Source: Prevotella sp. (GTDB lineage: Bacteria > Bacteroidota > Bacteroidia > Bacteroidales > Dysgonomonadaceae). Taken from it: 64,000 nucleotides of DNA. The stretch covers positions 1-64,000 of the forward strand of contig JAITVV010000011.1 of NCBI GenBank assembly GCA_031285625.1, in the 5' to 3' direction. The notes beneath the pieces were generated by a model. That model made no database searches. It saw only the letters and a list, made by a program, of their open reading frames with translations, and had not been told where the DNA came from. Position numbers and translations under genes: made by a program. Positions within the stretch are counted from its first letter, which is position 1; every line of letters starts with the position of its first letter. Positions 10,229 to 20,517 of the stretch are shown here, in pieces.

Positions 10229-11452
10229 TTAATTATATATTAAAGAAAACAAGTTCTTTTCATCAAAAATTTCGTTAGCCACAGCCAGAATCTGATCACT
10301 TGTTATTGATTCTATTTTACTGAAAGTTTCCTCAAAAGAATCATAGTGATTAAAATGTAAGAAACTTTTACCTAAAGATAATGCCATATTTTCATGGTTA
10401 TCGCTCATCACTCCTATTTGCCCAATCAATTGCTTCTTTGCCGCATACAATTGAGCTGTAGTTAACTTATTGTCTTTTAACTTATTCAACTCTTTATGAA
10501 CAAGGCTGATACACTTATCCACATTTTGCTTATCACTACCAAAATAGATCGATGTGATTCCTGTATCCGAGTATGAGGTAACAGATGAATCGACACTATA
10601 TACATAGCCCTTTTTTTCCCGCAGTGATATATTTAAACGGCTATTCATACCCGGTCCGCCTAATATATTGTTAAGTAAGTTTAGTATCCTTCTATTGGGA
10701 TTATCTAAAGAATATGAACGTCCTCCTATCAAAACATGTGATTGTGAAGTTTCTTTCTGCTCTTTTTGGGTAGCAGATGATATTTGCATTGGAGATGACC
10801 TCTGCCCCACTCGCTTGCATACAGGCAAATCAGATAAATATTTTTCTGAAAAGTATATTATTTTCTTAAATTCGGTATTTCCCAATGAGAAAAAAACTGC
10901 ATTGGAAGGTATATAATATCTGTTTACAAATACTTTTGCCTTTTCAGTATTGAAAGTTGATAGTGAGTCCGGATCGCCTAATATGTTATGTCCTATTTCC
11001 GATTCATAAAAAACGAGGTTTTCAAATTCATCAAATATGAGTTCCGACGGATTATCTTCATATGAATGTATCTCATCTACAATAACATCTATTTCTTTCT
11101 CTATTTCTGCTTGAGGAAAGACAGAATGAAAGGTAATATCTGATAATAATTCTATAGCACGGCTAAAGTGTTGTTCCAGAAAAATCGAATATATAACAGT
11201 TTCTTCTTTATTGGTATATGCATTCAGTTCACCACCTACATTTTCCATACGGTTTATGATGTGATGTGAACGTCGTTTGCTTGTCCCCTTAAACAACATA
11301 TGTTCAACAAAATGAGCCATACCGTACTCATCTTGCTTTTCGTCCCGGGTACCTGCATTTACAATAAACCCACAATAAGAAACATTTCCCTCGATAGGTT
11401 TATGTACGATACGGAGACCGTTTTTTAATGTATATGTCTGATAATTTATCAT
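10229..11452 (-). CDS. M16 (pitrilysin) family zinc peptidase
   Basis: Inverted Zn motif HFVEH, LNAYT, GGPGMNSRLNISLREKKG. Confidence 0.93.
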   Translation of the reverse strand: MINYQTYTLKNGLRIVHKPIEGNVSYCGFIVNAGTRDEKQDEYGMAHFVEHMLFKGTSKRRSHHIINRMENVGGELNAYTNKEETVIYSIFLEQHFSRAIELLSDITFHSVFPQAEIEKEIDVIVDEIHSYEDNPSELIFDEFENLVFYESEIGHNILGDPDSLSTFNTEKAKVFVNRYYIPSNAVFFSLGNTEFKKIIYFSEKYLSDLPVCKRVGQRSSPMQISSATQKEQKETSQSHVLIGGRSYSLDNPNRRILNLLNNILGGPGMNSRLNISLREKKGYVYSVDSSVTSYSDTGITSIYFGSDKQNVDKCISLVHKELNKLKDNKLTTAQLYAAKKQLIGQIGVMSDNHENMALSLGKSFLHFNHYDSFEETFSKIESITSDQILAVANEIFDEKNLFSLIYN

Positions 11453-12150
11453 TTCTCCATGTATAATGTACGTTCTTCAGGCGTAAGTTTTTCTATCGAA
11501 TAACGTAACATTGTACGGGGCATTTCTTTAGAATGAAGATTCAGAAAGTTTATTAAAGCATTTTTATCTCTTTTGCCAACTTCACGCAGCATCCAACCAA
11601 TGGCCTTATGCATCAGATCATGTTTATGAGGCAATAATTTCTCTGATAACAAGAGAATATCTTTATGGTCGTTTCGCCTGATAAAAGCAAATGTAGCAAT
11701 AATTGCTATCCGCTGATCCCAAAGTAAAGAACTATCAGCCAATTTATACAGGTCAGAACGATCTTTATCAACCAAGTATTCACCTACTATATCTTTTGCA
11801 CTGATATCCACCAAGTCCCAGTTGTTTATTTGTCTGGTTTGCGAGAGATAGAGATCATAAATCTGCTTCCGTCCCTCCATATTCTTAGTTTTCTTAAAAC
11901 GTTCTACTAAGATCAATAAAGCGCATAAACGACACTCATGATATTCATTCCCTAGCAAGCTAATAACTGCATCAAATGGAATATCTCTATATTTTTTAGC
12001 TATCTTACGGATATCAGGAACGACTACTCCTAAGAATTTGTCACCTTCCCCGTACTGTCCTTTACCTGCTTTGAAAAAGGAAGGAAAGAATTCTTTCTTT
12101 TCAGGAATTGAATATGATTCTAATTCTAACTGGATATCTTTTACAATCAT
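11449..12150 (-). CDS. DNA alkylation repair protein (AlkD-like)
   Basis: GQYGEGDKFLGV, INNWDLVD, HKAIGWMLREVGKR; 4-nt overlap with the M16 peptidase gene. Confidence 0.88.
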   Translation of the reverse strand: MIVKDIQLELESYSIPEKKEFFPSFFKAGKGQYGEGDKFLGVVVPDIRKIAKKYRDIPFDAVISLLGNEYHECRLCALLILVERFKKTKNMEGRKQIYDLYLSQTRQINNWDLVDISAKDIVGEYLVDKDRSDLYKLADSSLLWDQRIAIIATFAFIRRNDHKDILLLSEKLLPHKHDLMHKAIGWMLREVGKRDKNALINFLNLHSKEMPRTMLRYSIEKLTPEERTLYMEK

Positions 12151-12157
12151 GCTTTTA

Positions 12158-12249
12158 CAAAAAGTAACAAAGGTGACAAAAGTAACAAGTATAAGACTAT
12201 ATTTTATTGTTACTTTTCAACTAAAGATATAGTCTCTTTATAAGATAAA
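12158..12249 (-). repeat. GTAACA/TGTTACTTTTGTCAC intergenic element, copy 2
   Basis: Plus strand reads AAAGGTGACAAAAGTAACA 12169-12187, TGTTACTTTT 12208-12217, AGATAA 12243-12248. Confidence 0.8.
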
Positions 12250-12279
12250 TATTCTGATTATTGTTTATAGAGCTGCTTA

Positions 12280-13755
12280 TTACTTAAGCTTCCATTCAGC
12301 ACCATCTTTACCATCCTTGATTTCGAACCCGGCATTGCTAAGTTCATTTCTTATTTGGTCTGATGTTGCCCAATCCTTATTTTCTTTTGCCTTCTGGCGT
12401 ATATCCAACAGAATATCTACGGCTTTGGCAAAGGCATCATTATTTCCACTGTTTACACCCATCGAATCATTACGAATACCTAGTATACCAAAGAAAAACA
12501 CGTCAAACAGATCTTTCAACTCAGATATATCTTCTTTAGTCAGGGTAATATTACCTGCACAAGCGGAATTTATGATGGTACTTCCTTCGCATAAATGGGC
12601 GATGGCCATAGCTGAATTTAAGTCATCATTCAATGCTTCATAACATTTACCCCGCAGCCCTTTTATATCTACAGAAGATGTATCGGATTCCGGAATTCTG
12701 GATATTCTGTCATATGAATCCAATAAACGCTCTAATCCTTTCTCGGATGCTTGCAAAGCTTCGTTGCTGAAATCAACCGTACTACGATAATGGGCTTGTA
12801 AGATAAAGAAACGTATCGTCATAGGTGAATATGCCTGAGTAAGCATTTTATGAGAACCTGTAAAAAACTCATCTAATGTAATAAAATTACCTAATGATTT
12901 TCCCATTTTTTGTCCACCAACAGTAATCATGTTGTTGTGCATCCAATATCTCACAACCTGATGTTTTTCCATTGCCGTATTCTGGGCAATCTCACATTCA
13001 TGATGCGGAAACATCAAATCCAATCCCCCACCATGTATATCAAATTCCTTTCCAAGGTATTTGATACTCATTGTTGAACACTCGATATGCCATCCCGGGA
13101 AACCTTCGCTCCAAGGAGAAGGCCAACGCATTATATGTTCGGGAGCTGCTTTTTTCCACAAAGCGAAATCCACTTTACTTCGTTTCTCATCCTGACCATC
13201 AAGTTCACGTGTGGTATTTAGCATCTCTTCAATATTACGATGAGAGAGGATACCATAGTCGTAATCTTTATTATATTTTTCTACGTCAAAGTAGACAGAA
13301 CCATTGCTCTCATATGCATAACCACTATCCAGAATTTCTTTGATCGCTTCAATTTGCTCTATTATATGTCCGGATGCATGAGGTTCGATAGAAGGAGACA
13401 ATACATTCAAAGCATCCATAGCTTTATGATAACGGTTCATGTAATATTGTACCACTTCCATTGGCTCGAGTTGCTCTAACCGGGCTTTTTTAGCTATTTT
13501 ATCTTCTCCTGTATCAGCATCATTCTCCAAATGTCCTACATCAGTTATATTACGCACATAACGTACCTTATAACCTATATGTGTAAGATACCGAAATAGT
13601 AAATCGAACGTAATAGCAGGACGTGCATGCCCGAGATGACCATCACCATATACTGTAGGGCCACAAACATACATTCCCACATGGGGTGCATGAAGTGGTT
13701 CGAATAGTTCTTTCTTTCGTGTAAGTGTATTATAAATAGATAGTTCTTGTTCCAT
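12280..13755 (-). CDS. cysS: Cysteine--tRNA ligase
   Basis: [32 protein letters not shown]; TATTTTTG promoter at 13782-13789 (-). Confidence 0.98.
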   Translation of the reverse strand: MEQELSIYNTLTRKKELFEPLHAPHVGMYVCGPTVYGDGHLGHARPAITFDLLFRYLTHIGYKVRYVRNITDVGHLENDADTGEDKIAKKARLEQLEPMEVVQYYMNRYHKAMDALNVLSPSIEPHASGHIIEQIEAIKEILDSGYAYESNGSVYFDVEKYNKDYDYGILSHRNIEEMLNTTRELDGQDEKRSKVDFALWKKAAPEHIMRWPSPWSEGFPGWHIECSTMSIKYLGKEFDIHGGGLDLMFPHHECEIAQNTAMEKHQVVRYWMHNNMITVGGQKMGKSLGNFITLDEFFTGSHKMLTQAYSPMTIRFFILQAHYRSTVDFSNEALQASEKGLERLLDSYDRISRIPESDTSSVDIKGLRGKCYEALNDDLNSAMAIAHLCEGSTIINSACAGNITLTKEDISELKDLFDVFFFGILGIRNDSMGVNSGNNDAFAKAVDILLDIRQKAKENKDWATSDQIRNELSNAGFEIKDGKDGAEWKLK

Positions 13756-13865
13756 AAAACAGGTTGTAATTTTTAGAAATACAAAAATAAGAAAAAAAGT
13801 AATAAGTGATAAGTTATTAGCAAGTGAGTTGTAAGTTATAAAAGCTTTGCTACTTTATTGAAATC

Positions 13866-14207
13866 TTAAGATAAAAAAGAGATTAGATACCAAACAAAAA
13901 TTAAAAATATAAAGCTTGCATAGAATGTAGGCCCTACACCAAATATCATTCCCAATACATAAAGCTTTTCATTTTTCTTATATGCTCTGACAGCACAAAT
14001 AACAGCCAGGGTTATAAACAGTGGAATACTAAAGAATAGTACTGTAAAAAATACCTGATATATCACATCCCATTGTTTAAACATTATATCTGTTGTAAAA
14101 TAAAATATACCGAAAGATACAACGGAAATAAAGCCTGCGGTAATACCAAAAACGGATGCTAAAGCTGTATATGAAATAAGATCTGCCAGTTTGTTCAACA
14201 TAATCAA
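13866..14207 (-). CDS. Small membrane protein (about 3 TM helices), hypothetical
   Basis: Hydrophobic 113 aa; TTGA overlap with dusB stop (alternative ATG at 14201). Confidence 0.6.
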   Translation of the reverse strand: MIMLNKLADLISYTALASVFGITAGFISVVSFGIFYFTTDIMFKQWDVIYQVFFTVLFFSIPLFITLAVICAVRAYKKNEKLYVLGMIFGVGPTFYASFIFLIFVWYLISFLS

Positions 14208-15190
14208 TCTAATTGGAACTGATTAGGTATATTATCTATTATAGAAAAAAGTTCTTCAACAGATTCTGTGCGTAACATTGCAACCCTTATTTTTTTAAAA
14301 TCGGGAATACCCTTAAATACAGAACTGGCAGCCAGATGACGGCGACTATGTATAATACCGCCCCGTTCACCCGAATAAGCAACATTTTTATTTATTAGGT
14401 CTTTGAGTACCTCCAGGTACCATGTAAATTCTTTTTTAGGTAATCTATTCCCTGTATTCAAAAAATGTTTAATCTCTTCAAATATCCAAGGACTACCAAT
14501 ACTTCCCCTTCCAACCATTACCGCATCAACTCCTGTTTCTTCAAACCGCTGTTTACATATTTCAGGAGAAGTTACATCACCATTCCCAATAATAGGAATA
14601 TGCATACGTGGATTGTTCTTTACATCACCAATAAGCGACCAGTCCGCCTCTCCTGTATACATTTGGGAACGGGTACGCCCATGTATAGTCAAAGCTTGTA
14701 TTCCAGTATCCTGTAAACGTTCTGCTAATTCAATTATTATTTTAGAGTCATTATCCCATCCCAAGCGTGTTTTGACTGTTACCGGTATTTTCACTGCTTT
14801 TACTACCGCCTGAGTTATCTCAACCATCAGATCAGGAGTTCTCATCATTCCGGAACCGGCACCTTTACCTGCTACTTTTTTCACAGGACAGCCAAAATTT
14901 ATATCAAGTATATCGGGATTGGCTTCTTCACATATCCTTGCGGCTTCTACCATTGCATCCACTTCCCGCCCGTATATCTGAATTGCTACCGGACGTTCTT
15001 CTTCACTGATAGCAAGCTTTTCCTTTGTCTTATTCACATGACGAATGAGAGCATCACTCGATACAAATTCAGTATATACCATATCGGCGCCAAAGCGCTT
15101 ACATTCAAGGCGGAATCCCATATCTGTCACATCCTCCATCGGCGCAAGAAAGACAGGGTTTTCCGGAAAGATTATATTACCAATCTTCAT
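14204..15190 (-). CDS. dusB: tRNA dihydrouridine synthase DusB
   Basis: LAPMEDVTD, DINFGCP, TIHGRTR, IGNGDV; TATATTTG promoter at 15306-15313 (-). Confidence 0.94.
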   Translation of the reverse strand: MKIGNIIFPENPVFLAPMEDVTDMGFRLECKRFGADMVYTEFVSSDALIRHVNKTKEKLAISEEERPVAIQIYGREVDAMVEAARICEEANPDILDINFGCPVKKVAGKGAGSGMMRTPDLMVEITQAVVKAVKIPVTVKTRLGWDNDSKIIIELAERLQDTGIQALTIHGRTRSQMYTGEADWSLIGDVKNNPRMHIPIIGNGDVTSPEICKQRFEETGVDAVMVGRGSIGSPWIFEEIKHFLNTGNRLPKKEFTWYLEVLKDLINKNVAYSGERGGIIHSRRHLAASSVFKGIPDFKKIRVAMLRTESVEELFSIIDNIPNQFQLD

Positions 15191-15372
15191 AGATAATCCA
15201 TTATTAAGGTCTCAGACCCAGTTTACCACTTTAATAAGCAAACTAACAATTGCTTGTTGATTCGAAAATATTATTTAATACTTATTGTTGCTTATAAAGT
15301 GAGTACAAATATAGATAAGTTTTATCAGATAGAGAAAAATCAGATGAAGCCTTAACTTTTTCAAAGTAACTA

Positions 15373-16074
15373 TCAGACAAGTTTTGTAGCTCTTAACATC
15401 TCACGTTTACCCGGAGGCCCCGGCAGGCGTTCTACTTTATAACCGGCCTGCTGCATCATCCGGCGAACAGCACCTTTAGCACAGTAAGTTACAAGAATTC
15501 CCTGATGATTAGTGATAGAATACAATCGATTAAAAATATCCTGAGTCCACATTTCTGATTGTTTATCAGGGGCGAAGGCATCAAAATAAATCAGATCAAT
15601 TTGTTCTTTGATAAACGAAAAGTTAAACTGAGTAAGGTCAGCCTCTATTTTTGTTAAGTAGAAATTAGGCAATATCTCCACTTCTTTCTCCCACTCTGCA
15701 CCATGTAGCTTATGATATAAATATTGCTCTTCGGTGGAATGCCCTTCGGTATAATTCAAGTTTTTAATTATTGAGGCTGGTAAAGGATAGGCTTCTATTC
15801 CTGTATAATGTACCTTCTTTTGTGTATCCTTTATATTCAACAAGGTTAGAAAAGCGTTTAACCCTGTACCAAATCCAATTTCGAAAATATTGATTTCATC
15901 ACGACCGCAGGCATGTAGACCAGTGTTGATAAATACATGTGTAGATTCCTGTATTGCTCCGTTTACCGAATGATAGTGTTCGTTCAGTTCGGATACGAAA
16001 AGAGTGTGAGACCCATCGGCTGTAAGCTCAATTTTTGGTTTCACACTCATTTCTTCTTTGTGTCTAATTATCAC
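15373..16074 (-). CDS. mnmD: tRNA mnm5s2U34 methyltransferase MnmD
   Basis: TADGSHTL, HYHSVNGA, EIGFGTGLN, YFDAFAP, PGPPGKREM; GTGA overlap with ispF (alternative ATG at 16050). Confidence 0.9.
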   Translation of the reverse strand: MIIRHKEEMSVKPKIELTADGSHTLFVSELNEHYHSVNGAIQESTHVFINTGLHACGRDEINIFEIGFGTGLNAFLTLLNIKDTQKKVHYTGIEAYPLPASIIKNLNYTEGHSTEEQYLYHKLHGAEWEKEVEILPNFYLTKIEADLTQFNFSFIKEQIDLIYFDAFAPDKQSEMWTQDIFNRLYSITNHQGILVTYCAKGAVRRMMQQAGYKVERLPGPPGKREMLRATKLV

Positions 16075-16550
16075 TCCTTTTCAATTAAAGCAACAGCGTA
16101 TGCGGCAAAACCTTCCTCACGCCCAACAAACCCCATTTTCTCAGAGGTTGTTGCTTTAATTGATATATCTTCAACAGAAATTTGAAGTATTTCTGCCATT
16201 ACTTTTTGCATTTGGGGTATGTGCGGATTTATTTTAGGACGTTCGGCACAAATAGTTGCATCTATATTACCTATCCGATAGCCTTTTTCAGTAATTACTT
16301 CCAATGTTTTTTTGAGTAATATCTTACTGTCTACATCCTTATATTCATTGGCTGTATCCGGAAAATGAAAACCTATATCCCGCAAGTTAGCTGCGCCTAG
16401 TATAGCATCGCAAACAGCATGTATAAGTACATCAGCATCAGAATGTCCTAAAAGTCCCTGACTATGCTCTATTTTTATACCCCCCAGCCATAAATCTCTA
16501 TTATCTGCAAGACGGTGTACATCATAGCCAAAACCTACCCTAACCTTCAT
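16071..16550 (-). CDS. ispF: 2-C-methyl-D-erythritol 2,4-cyclodiphosphate synthase
   Basis: GYDVH, GHSDADVLIHA, KATTSEKMGFVGREEG. Confidence 0.97.
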   Translation of the reverse strand: MKVRVGFGYDVHRLADNRDLWLGGIKIEHSQGLLGHSDADVLIHAVCDAILGAANLRDIGFHFPDTANEYKDVDSKILLKKTLEVITEKGYRIGNIDATICAERPKINPHIPQMQKVMAEILQISVEDISIKATTSEKMGFVGREEGFAAYAVALIEKE

Positions 16551-16565
16551 TATATTATAACGTTC

Positions 16566-17729
16566 TTATTTAAATAAATTCTTCATTGCGTCAATGTCAA
16601 ATCCAAGGGAGAAACGTAATGTTTGATCCAGTGGATTTTGTTGTGCTGTAGCCATCATGTACGCTACATCAAGCTGGAATGCACTTAATTTAAATCCGGC
16701 TCCGAATGACATATATTGACGGTTACCTTTCATTTTATTCTCATGGAAATAACCCGTACGCAAGCGGAACTTATTATCATAATCATATTCAGCACCTAAA
16801 GACCACATTATTTCTTTTAGTTCTTCTGAAAATCCACCAGGTGCATCTCCAAACGATTTGAAAATACCGGAAATCGGATTCATTTCACGATAATCAAGCA
16901 TGCGGTCAGCAAATTCCGATGCGGTTTCTCCTTCTTTCTGAACCGGAGGAGTCGGTACAAGATACTTATTTATATCTAAACTAACAGATAATGTACTTAC
17001 ATCATTCATTGGATACATTAACGATGCACCCAGACGTAAATTTGTAGGTAGGAAGTCATGTCTTTCTCCTCCAGTTGTAGCTATCTTGGTACCAATATTT
17101 GATATATTGAAACCAAAGCTCAATAAACTTTCAGATTGTCCCAATGTAATATATGATTCATTATAACCTGCAATATCCGCAGCAAATGCACTACCTGCAG
17201 ATGTACCTTCCGAAGCACCTGTATAGTCTGTACGAATATAACGAACTGTAACGGCTCCAGAGAACGTTTCTGTTAATTTACGGGAATAGCCTATATCGAA
17301 TGCCATCTCATACGGGGATACACTATTAAGGAAGCCTCCATATCCGTCAGTAATACTAACATCTCCGATAGAGAAATAACGGATAGAAGCACTGATAGCC
17401 TGGTTATTTTCATTACCAAGTTTGTAATAACCAACACCATATACTAGAGCTACGTCGTTTATAATCTTTCTTAACCAAGGAGTATATGACAATCCAAATC
17501 CTGCCTTACTCGGATTAAACGCATATTTAGCCGGATTCCAATGTTGGGAATACACATCCGGAGCCGTTGCTACACCGGCATCTCCCATACCGCCACCTCG
17601 GGCGTCCGGAGCTATAACTAACGATGGTACACCCGTAGTTATCGGATTCACATCATCTTGCGCATATGCACCAAGTGCAATTAATGTAAAAATATTTACA
17701 AGCAAGACTACTTTCAAAAAACTCTTCAT
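16566..17729 (-). CDS. porV: Type IX secretion outer membrane shuttle PorV (FadL-like barrel)
   Basis: VPSLVIAPDARGGGMGD, SQHWNPAKYAF, SYTPWL, KGNRQY, NPLDQTLRFSL; adjacent to ispF. Confidence 0.92.
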   Translation of the reverse strand: MKSFLKVVLLVNIFTLIALGAYAQDDVNPITTGVPSLVIAPDARGGGMGDAGVATAPDVYSQHWNPAKYAFNPSKAGFGLSYTPWLRKIINDVALVYGVGYYKLGNENNQAISASIRYFSIGDVSITDGYGGFLNSVSPYEMAFDIGYSRKLTETFSGAVTVRYIRTDYTGASEGTSAGSAFAADIAGYNESYITLGQSESLLSFGFNISNIGTKIATTGGERHDFLPTNLRLGASLMYPMNDVSTLSVSLDINKYLVPTPPVQKEGETASEFADRMLDYREMNPISGIFKSFGDAPGGFSEELKEIMWSLGAEYDYDNKFRLRTGYFHENKMKGNRQYMSFGAGFKLSAFQLDVAYMMATAQQNPLDQTLRFSLGFDIDAMKNLFK

Positions 17730-17871
17730 TTATTCTACTATTTTTTAAGTAATTAATTTAATTTGCTAAGGTTTAATTATAGTTTGTTAGTATCTTTCTT
17801 AAATCTTAATATATAGATAACACTTTTTTATACTATTTATTGTTTCCTCTTGTTTTTTTAACATTTTTCTC

Positions 17872-18498
17872 TCAATAAATATTTATATCCAATAATTCTT
17901 CGCCTTCAAGTTCCCCTATTAGCTTATTTCCAATTGATACTTTACCCACTCCGGCAGGAGTTCCTGTAAATATAAGATCACCTGTCTTTAATGTAAAGAA
18001 ACGACTGGCATATGCTATTATTTTATCTACAGGGTGAATCATTTCTGATGTATTTGCCGACTGTACAATTATATCATCTATTTTCAGCGAAAAGTTTAGA
18101 TTATCAATAGCCTTCCCAAATTTTTCTTTTGGTATAAATCTGCCTACAGCAGCAGAATTATCAAAAGCTTTGGCAATCTCCCAGGGAAGACTCTTTTTTT
18201 TCAATTCTGACTGAATATCTCTGGCTGTAAAATCTATTCCCAAACTTATTTCTTCATAATAGCGATGAGCAAAACGTTCAGCAATATTCTTCCCCATCTT
18301 ATTTATCTTTACTACAACTTCGGTTTCATAATGTATCTCAGACGAAAAACCGGGAATATAAAAATCCTTTTTGTCTCCTGTTAAAAGCGAAGTCTCAGGC
18401 TTCATAAAAAGAACAGGATCATCATCTTTACTGGATAATGCCCTGTTCATTTCTTTATTATGCGATTGGTAGTTTTGACCTACACAAATTATTTTCAT
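17872..18498 (-). CDS. Fumarylacetoacetate hydrolase family protein
   Basis: MKIICVGQNY, HYETE, DFTARD, WEIAKAFD, GDLIFTGTPAG; start moved to 18498 because a TATCTTTG promoter lies at 18522-18529. Confidence 0.92.
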   Translation of the reverse strand: MKIICVGQNYQSHNKEMNRALSSKDDDPVLFMKPETSLLTGDKKDFYIPGFSSEIHYETEVVVKINKMGKNIAERFAHRYYEEISLGIDFTARDIQSELKKKSLPWEIAKAFDNSAAVGRFIPKEKFGKAIDNLNFSLKIDDIIVQSANTSEMIHPVDKIIAYASRFFTLKTGDLIFTGTPAGVGKVSIGNKLIGELEGEELLDINIY

Positions 18499-18538
18499 TC
18501 TCAAGCCGTTAAAAAACACAGCAAAGATACATAAGATT

Positions 18539-19276
18539 TTAATTCTTTTTATGTATTCCTCCAAACATTTGTCTCAAACGCATGGTAATAACCCCAAAAA
18601 CACCTTCTGCAAATATTCCGGAATTCATCTTAGAAGTCCCCAGCATCCTGTTTACAAACACGATTGACACCTCTTTAATTTTAAATTTCAGACAATAGGC
18701 TGTATACTTCATTTCTACCTGAAAAGCGTAGCCTTTGAAACGGATATTATCAAGATCAATAGTTTCGAGCACAATACGCCTGTAACAAACAAACCCTGCA
18801 GTTGCATCATGCACCTTCATTCCGGTAATAATGCGAACATACCTAGAAGCAAAATAAGACATCAATACACGCCCCATAGGCCAGTTTACAACATTAACAC
18901 CGCTATAGTAACGGGAACCTACTGCCAGATCGGCCCCATCATTGGTACAAGCATCATATAGACGTAGTAGATCATTGGGATTGTGAGAGAAATCAGCATC
19001 CATCTCGAATATATATCCATAGTCACGCTCCAGTGTCCATTTAAAACCGGCTATATAAGCTGTTCCCAATCCAAGTTTTCCTGCACGTTCTATAATATGT
19101 AATCTGTTTGAGAATTCATGCTGCAAATCTTTTACTATAGCAGCTGTGCCATCCGGCGAACCGTCATCAATAACCAGAATATCAAATTCCTTTGGTAAAT
19201 CGAATACAGTTCTGATGATAGCCTCAATATTTTCCTTTTCGTTGTAAGTGGGTATGATGACTATTGAATCTGACAT
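18539..19276 (-). CDS. Polyprenol monophosphomannose synthase (GT2)
   Basis: IIPTYNE, DDGSPDGT, GLGTAY, EMDADFSH; TACATTTG promoter at 19299-19306 (-). Confidence 0.93.
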   Translation of the reverse strand: MSDSIVIIPTYNEKENIEAIIRTVFDLPKEFDILVIDDGSPDGTAAIVKDLQHEFSNRLHIIERAGKLGLGTAYIAGFKWTLERDYGYIFEMDADFSHNPNDLLRLYDACTNDGADLAVGSRYYSGVNVVNWPMGRVLMSYFASRYVRIITGMKVHDATAGFVCYRRIVLETIDLDNIRFKGYAFQVEMKYTAYCLKFKIKEVSIVFVNRMLGTSKMNSGIFAEGVFGVITMRLRQMFGGIHKKN

Positions 19277-19493
19277 TTCCTAAATAAATATTAAGTTACA
19301 AATGTAATATATTAAGTATTGATAAATAAGTTTTTCGTTAACAAAAAAAGAAAAAATATCGACGTAAATATTTATAAAAGAGCTTTTATCTATCATATTA
19401 AAAAAAATTAATACCTATTTATGGAATTTTAAAGTCTTTCATATCTATTAAGTACAAAGAGAACAATTGTATAACATTTTAAAACTTACAGAT

Positions 19494-20339
19494 ATGAAAA
19501 ACTCAGTAAACTTAAACTCGTCAGAATGGTGTGATATAATTTTTGAAGGAAAGAACAAATCATATGGAGCTTTTGAATTACGCCAGTCTTCATGGAAAAG
19601 ATATATCATCGCTTTTGGAATAATGTTGTTAATAGTTTCATTCGTAGCCGCACTACCTGCTATCATCAGTACTGTGAAAGCGGCAACAGGCACACGAGCA
19701 GAAAATGTAAAAGATATATATACAGTAATGGATATAGATAATACACCATTAAACAAAGTAGAAGAAGTTGTTAAACCAACTGTTCCGGAACCTCCTAAGT
19801 ATATGGCCATGACTAAGTTTGTGCCACCGACAATTACTAAAGATACAGAAGTACCAGATGATAATCCGGATATGGCAATCATGGATGACGTAGCAAAAGG
19901 AAATGATGCTATTGGAGCCTTCACTGTAGAAAATGGTTCAAAAGATGCTGATGCAATCCGTAAAGAAATAGAACGCGGTTTAGCCAGTGGAAACGGGACT
20001 AAAGAACCAGAAGATGCGCCTAAGACATTTGTAAGAGCCGAAGTTATGCCACAATTCCCCGGTGGAGACTCTGAAATGTATAAATTTATAGCAGATAATC
20101 TTAAATATCCTGTAGTAGACCAGGAAATGGGAGTACAAGGACGCGTTACAGTACGATTTGTAGTAAGCAAGACAGGAGAGATAACCAACATAGAATTGAT
20201 AAAAGGAATTAGCCCTACTTGTGACAAAGAAGCTTTAAGAGTAATAAAGAGCATGCCTAAATGGGTTCCGGGTAAACAAAGCGGAAATCCGGTACAAGTA
20301 TACTTCACTATGCCTATTGTTTTCAGATTGAAATCATAA
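19494..20339 (+). CDS. tonB: Energy transducer TonB
   Basis: DIIFEGKNKSYGAFELR, one TM helix, MPQFPGG, LKYP, QGRVTVRFVV, MPKWVPG TonB_C domain. Confidence 0.92.
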   Translation: MKNSVNLNSSEWCDIIFEGKNKSYGAFELRQSSWKRYIIAFGIMLLIVSFVAALPAIISTVKAATGTRAENVKDIYTVMDIDNTPLNKVEEVVKPTVPEPPKYMAMTKFVPPTITKDTEVPDDNPDMAIMDDVAKGNDAIGAFTVENGSKDADAIRKEIERGLASGNGTKEPEDAPKTFVRAEVMPQFPGGDSEMYKFIADNLKYPVVDQEMGVQGRVTVRFVVSKTGEITNIELIKGISPTCDKEALRVIKSMPKWVPGKQSGNPVQVYFTMPIVFRLKS

Positions 20340-20358
20340 CAAGTACTATCAGATTAAT

Positions 20359-20407
20359 AAATAAGGGAAGAGGCTGTTTCGATTGAATTCAGCCTCTTCT
20401 CTTATTT
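20359..20407 (+). terminator. Hairpin terminator after tonB
   Basis: AAATAAGGGAAGAGGCTG-N13-CAGCCTCTTCTCTTATTT inverted repeat. Confidence 0.75.
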
Positions 20408-20517
20408 GATTATTTTTTGAAAAATTGTATTGACTAAGATAGTTATAGAAAGGGTGGACATTTTTTTTCTTATCTTTAGCGAGAAAAGTAAATTCTAACA
20501 CAACTAACACAACCATT

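Noticed and set aside
12038-12232. ORF with KVTKVTKVT repeat
   Set aside because: Translation of the GTAACA/GTGACA element, antisense to the AlkD-like gene
19448-20308. 286-aa ORF antisense to tonB
   Set aside because: Lies entirely opposite a clear TonB gene and has no recognisable motifs; shadow ORF
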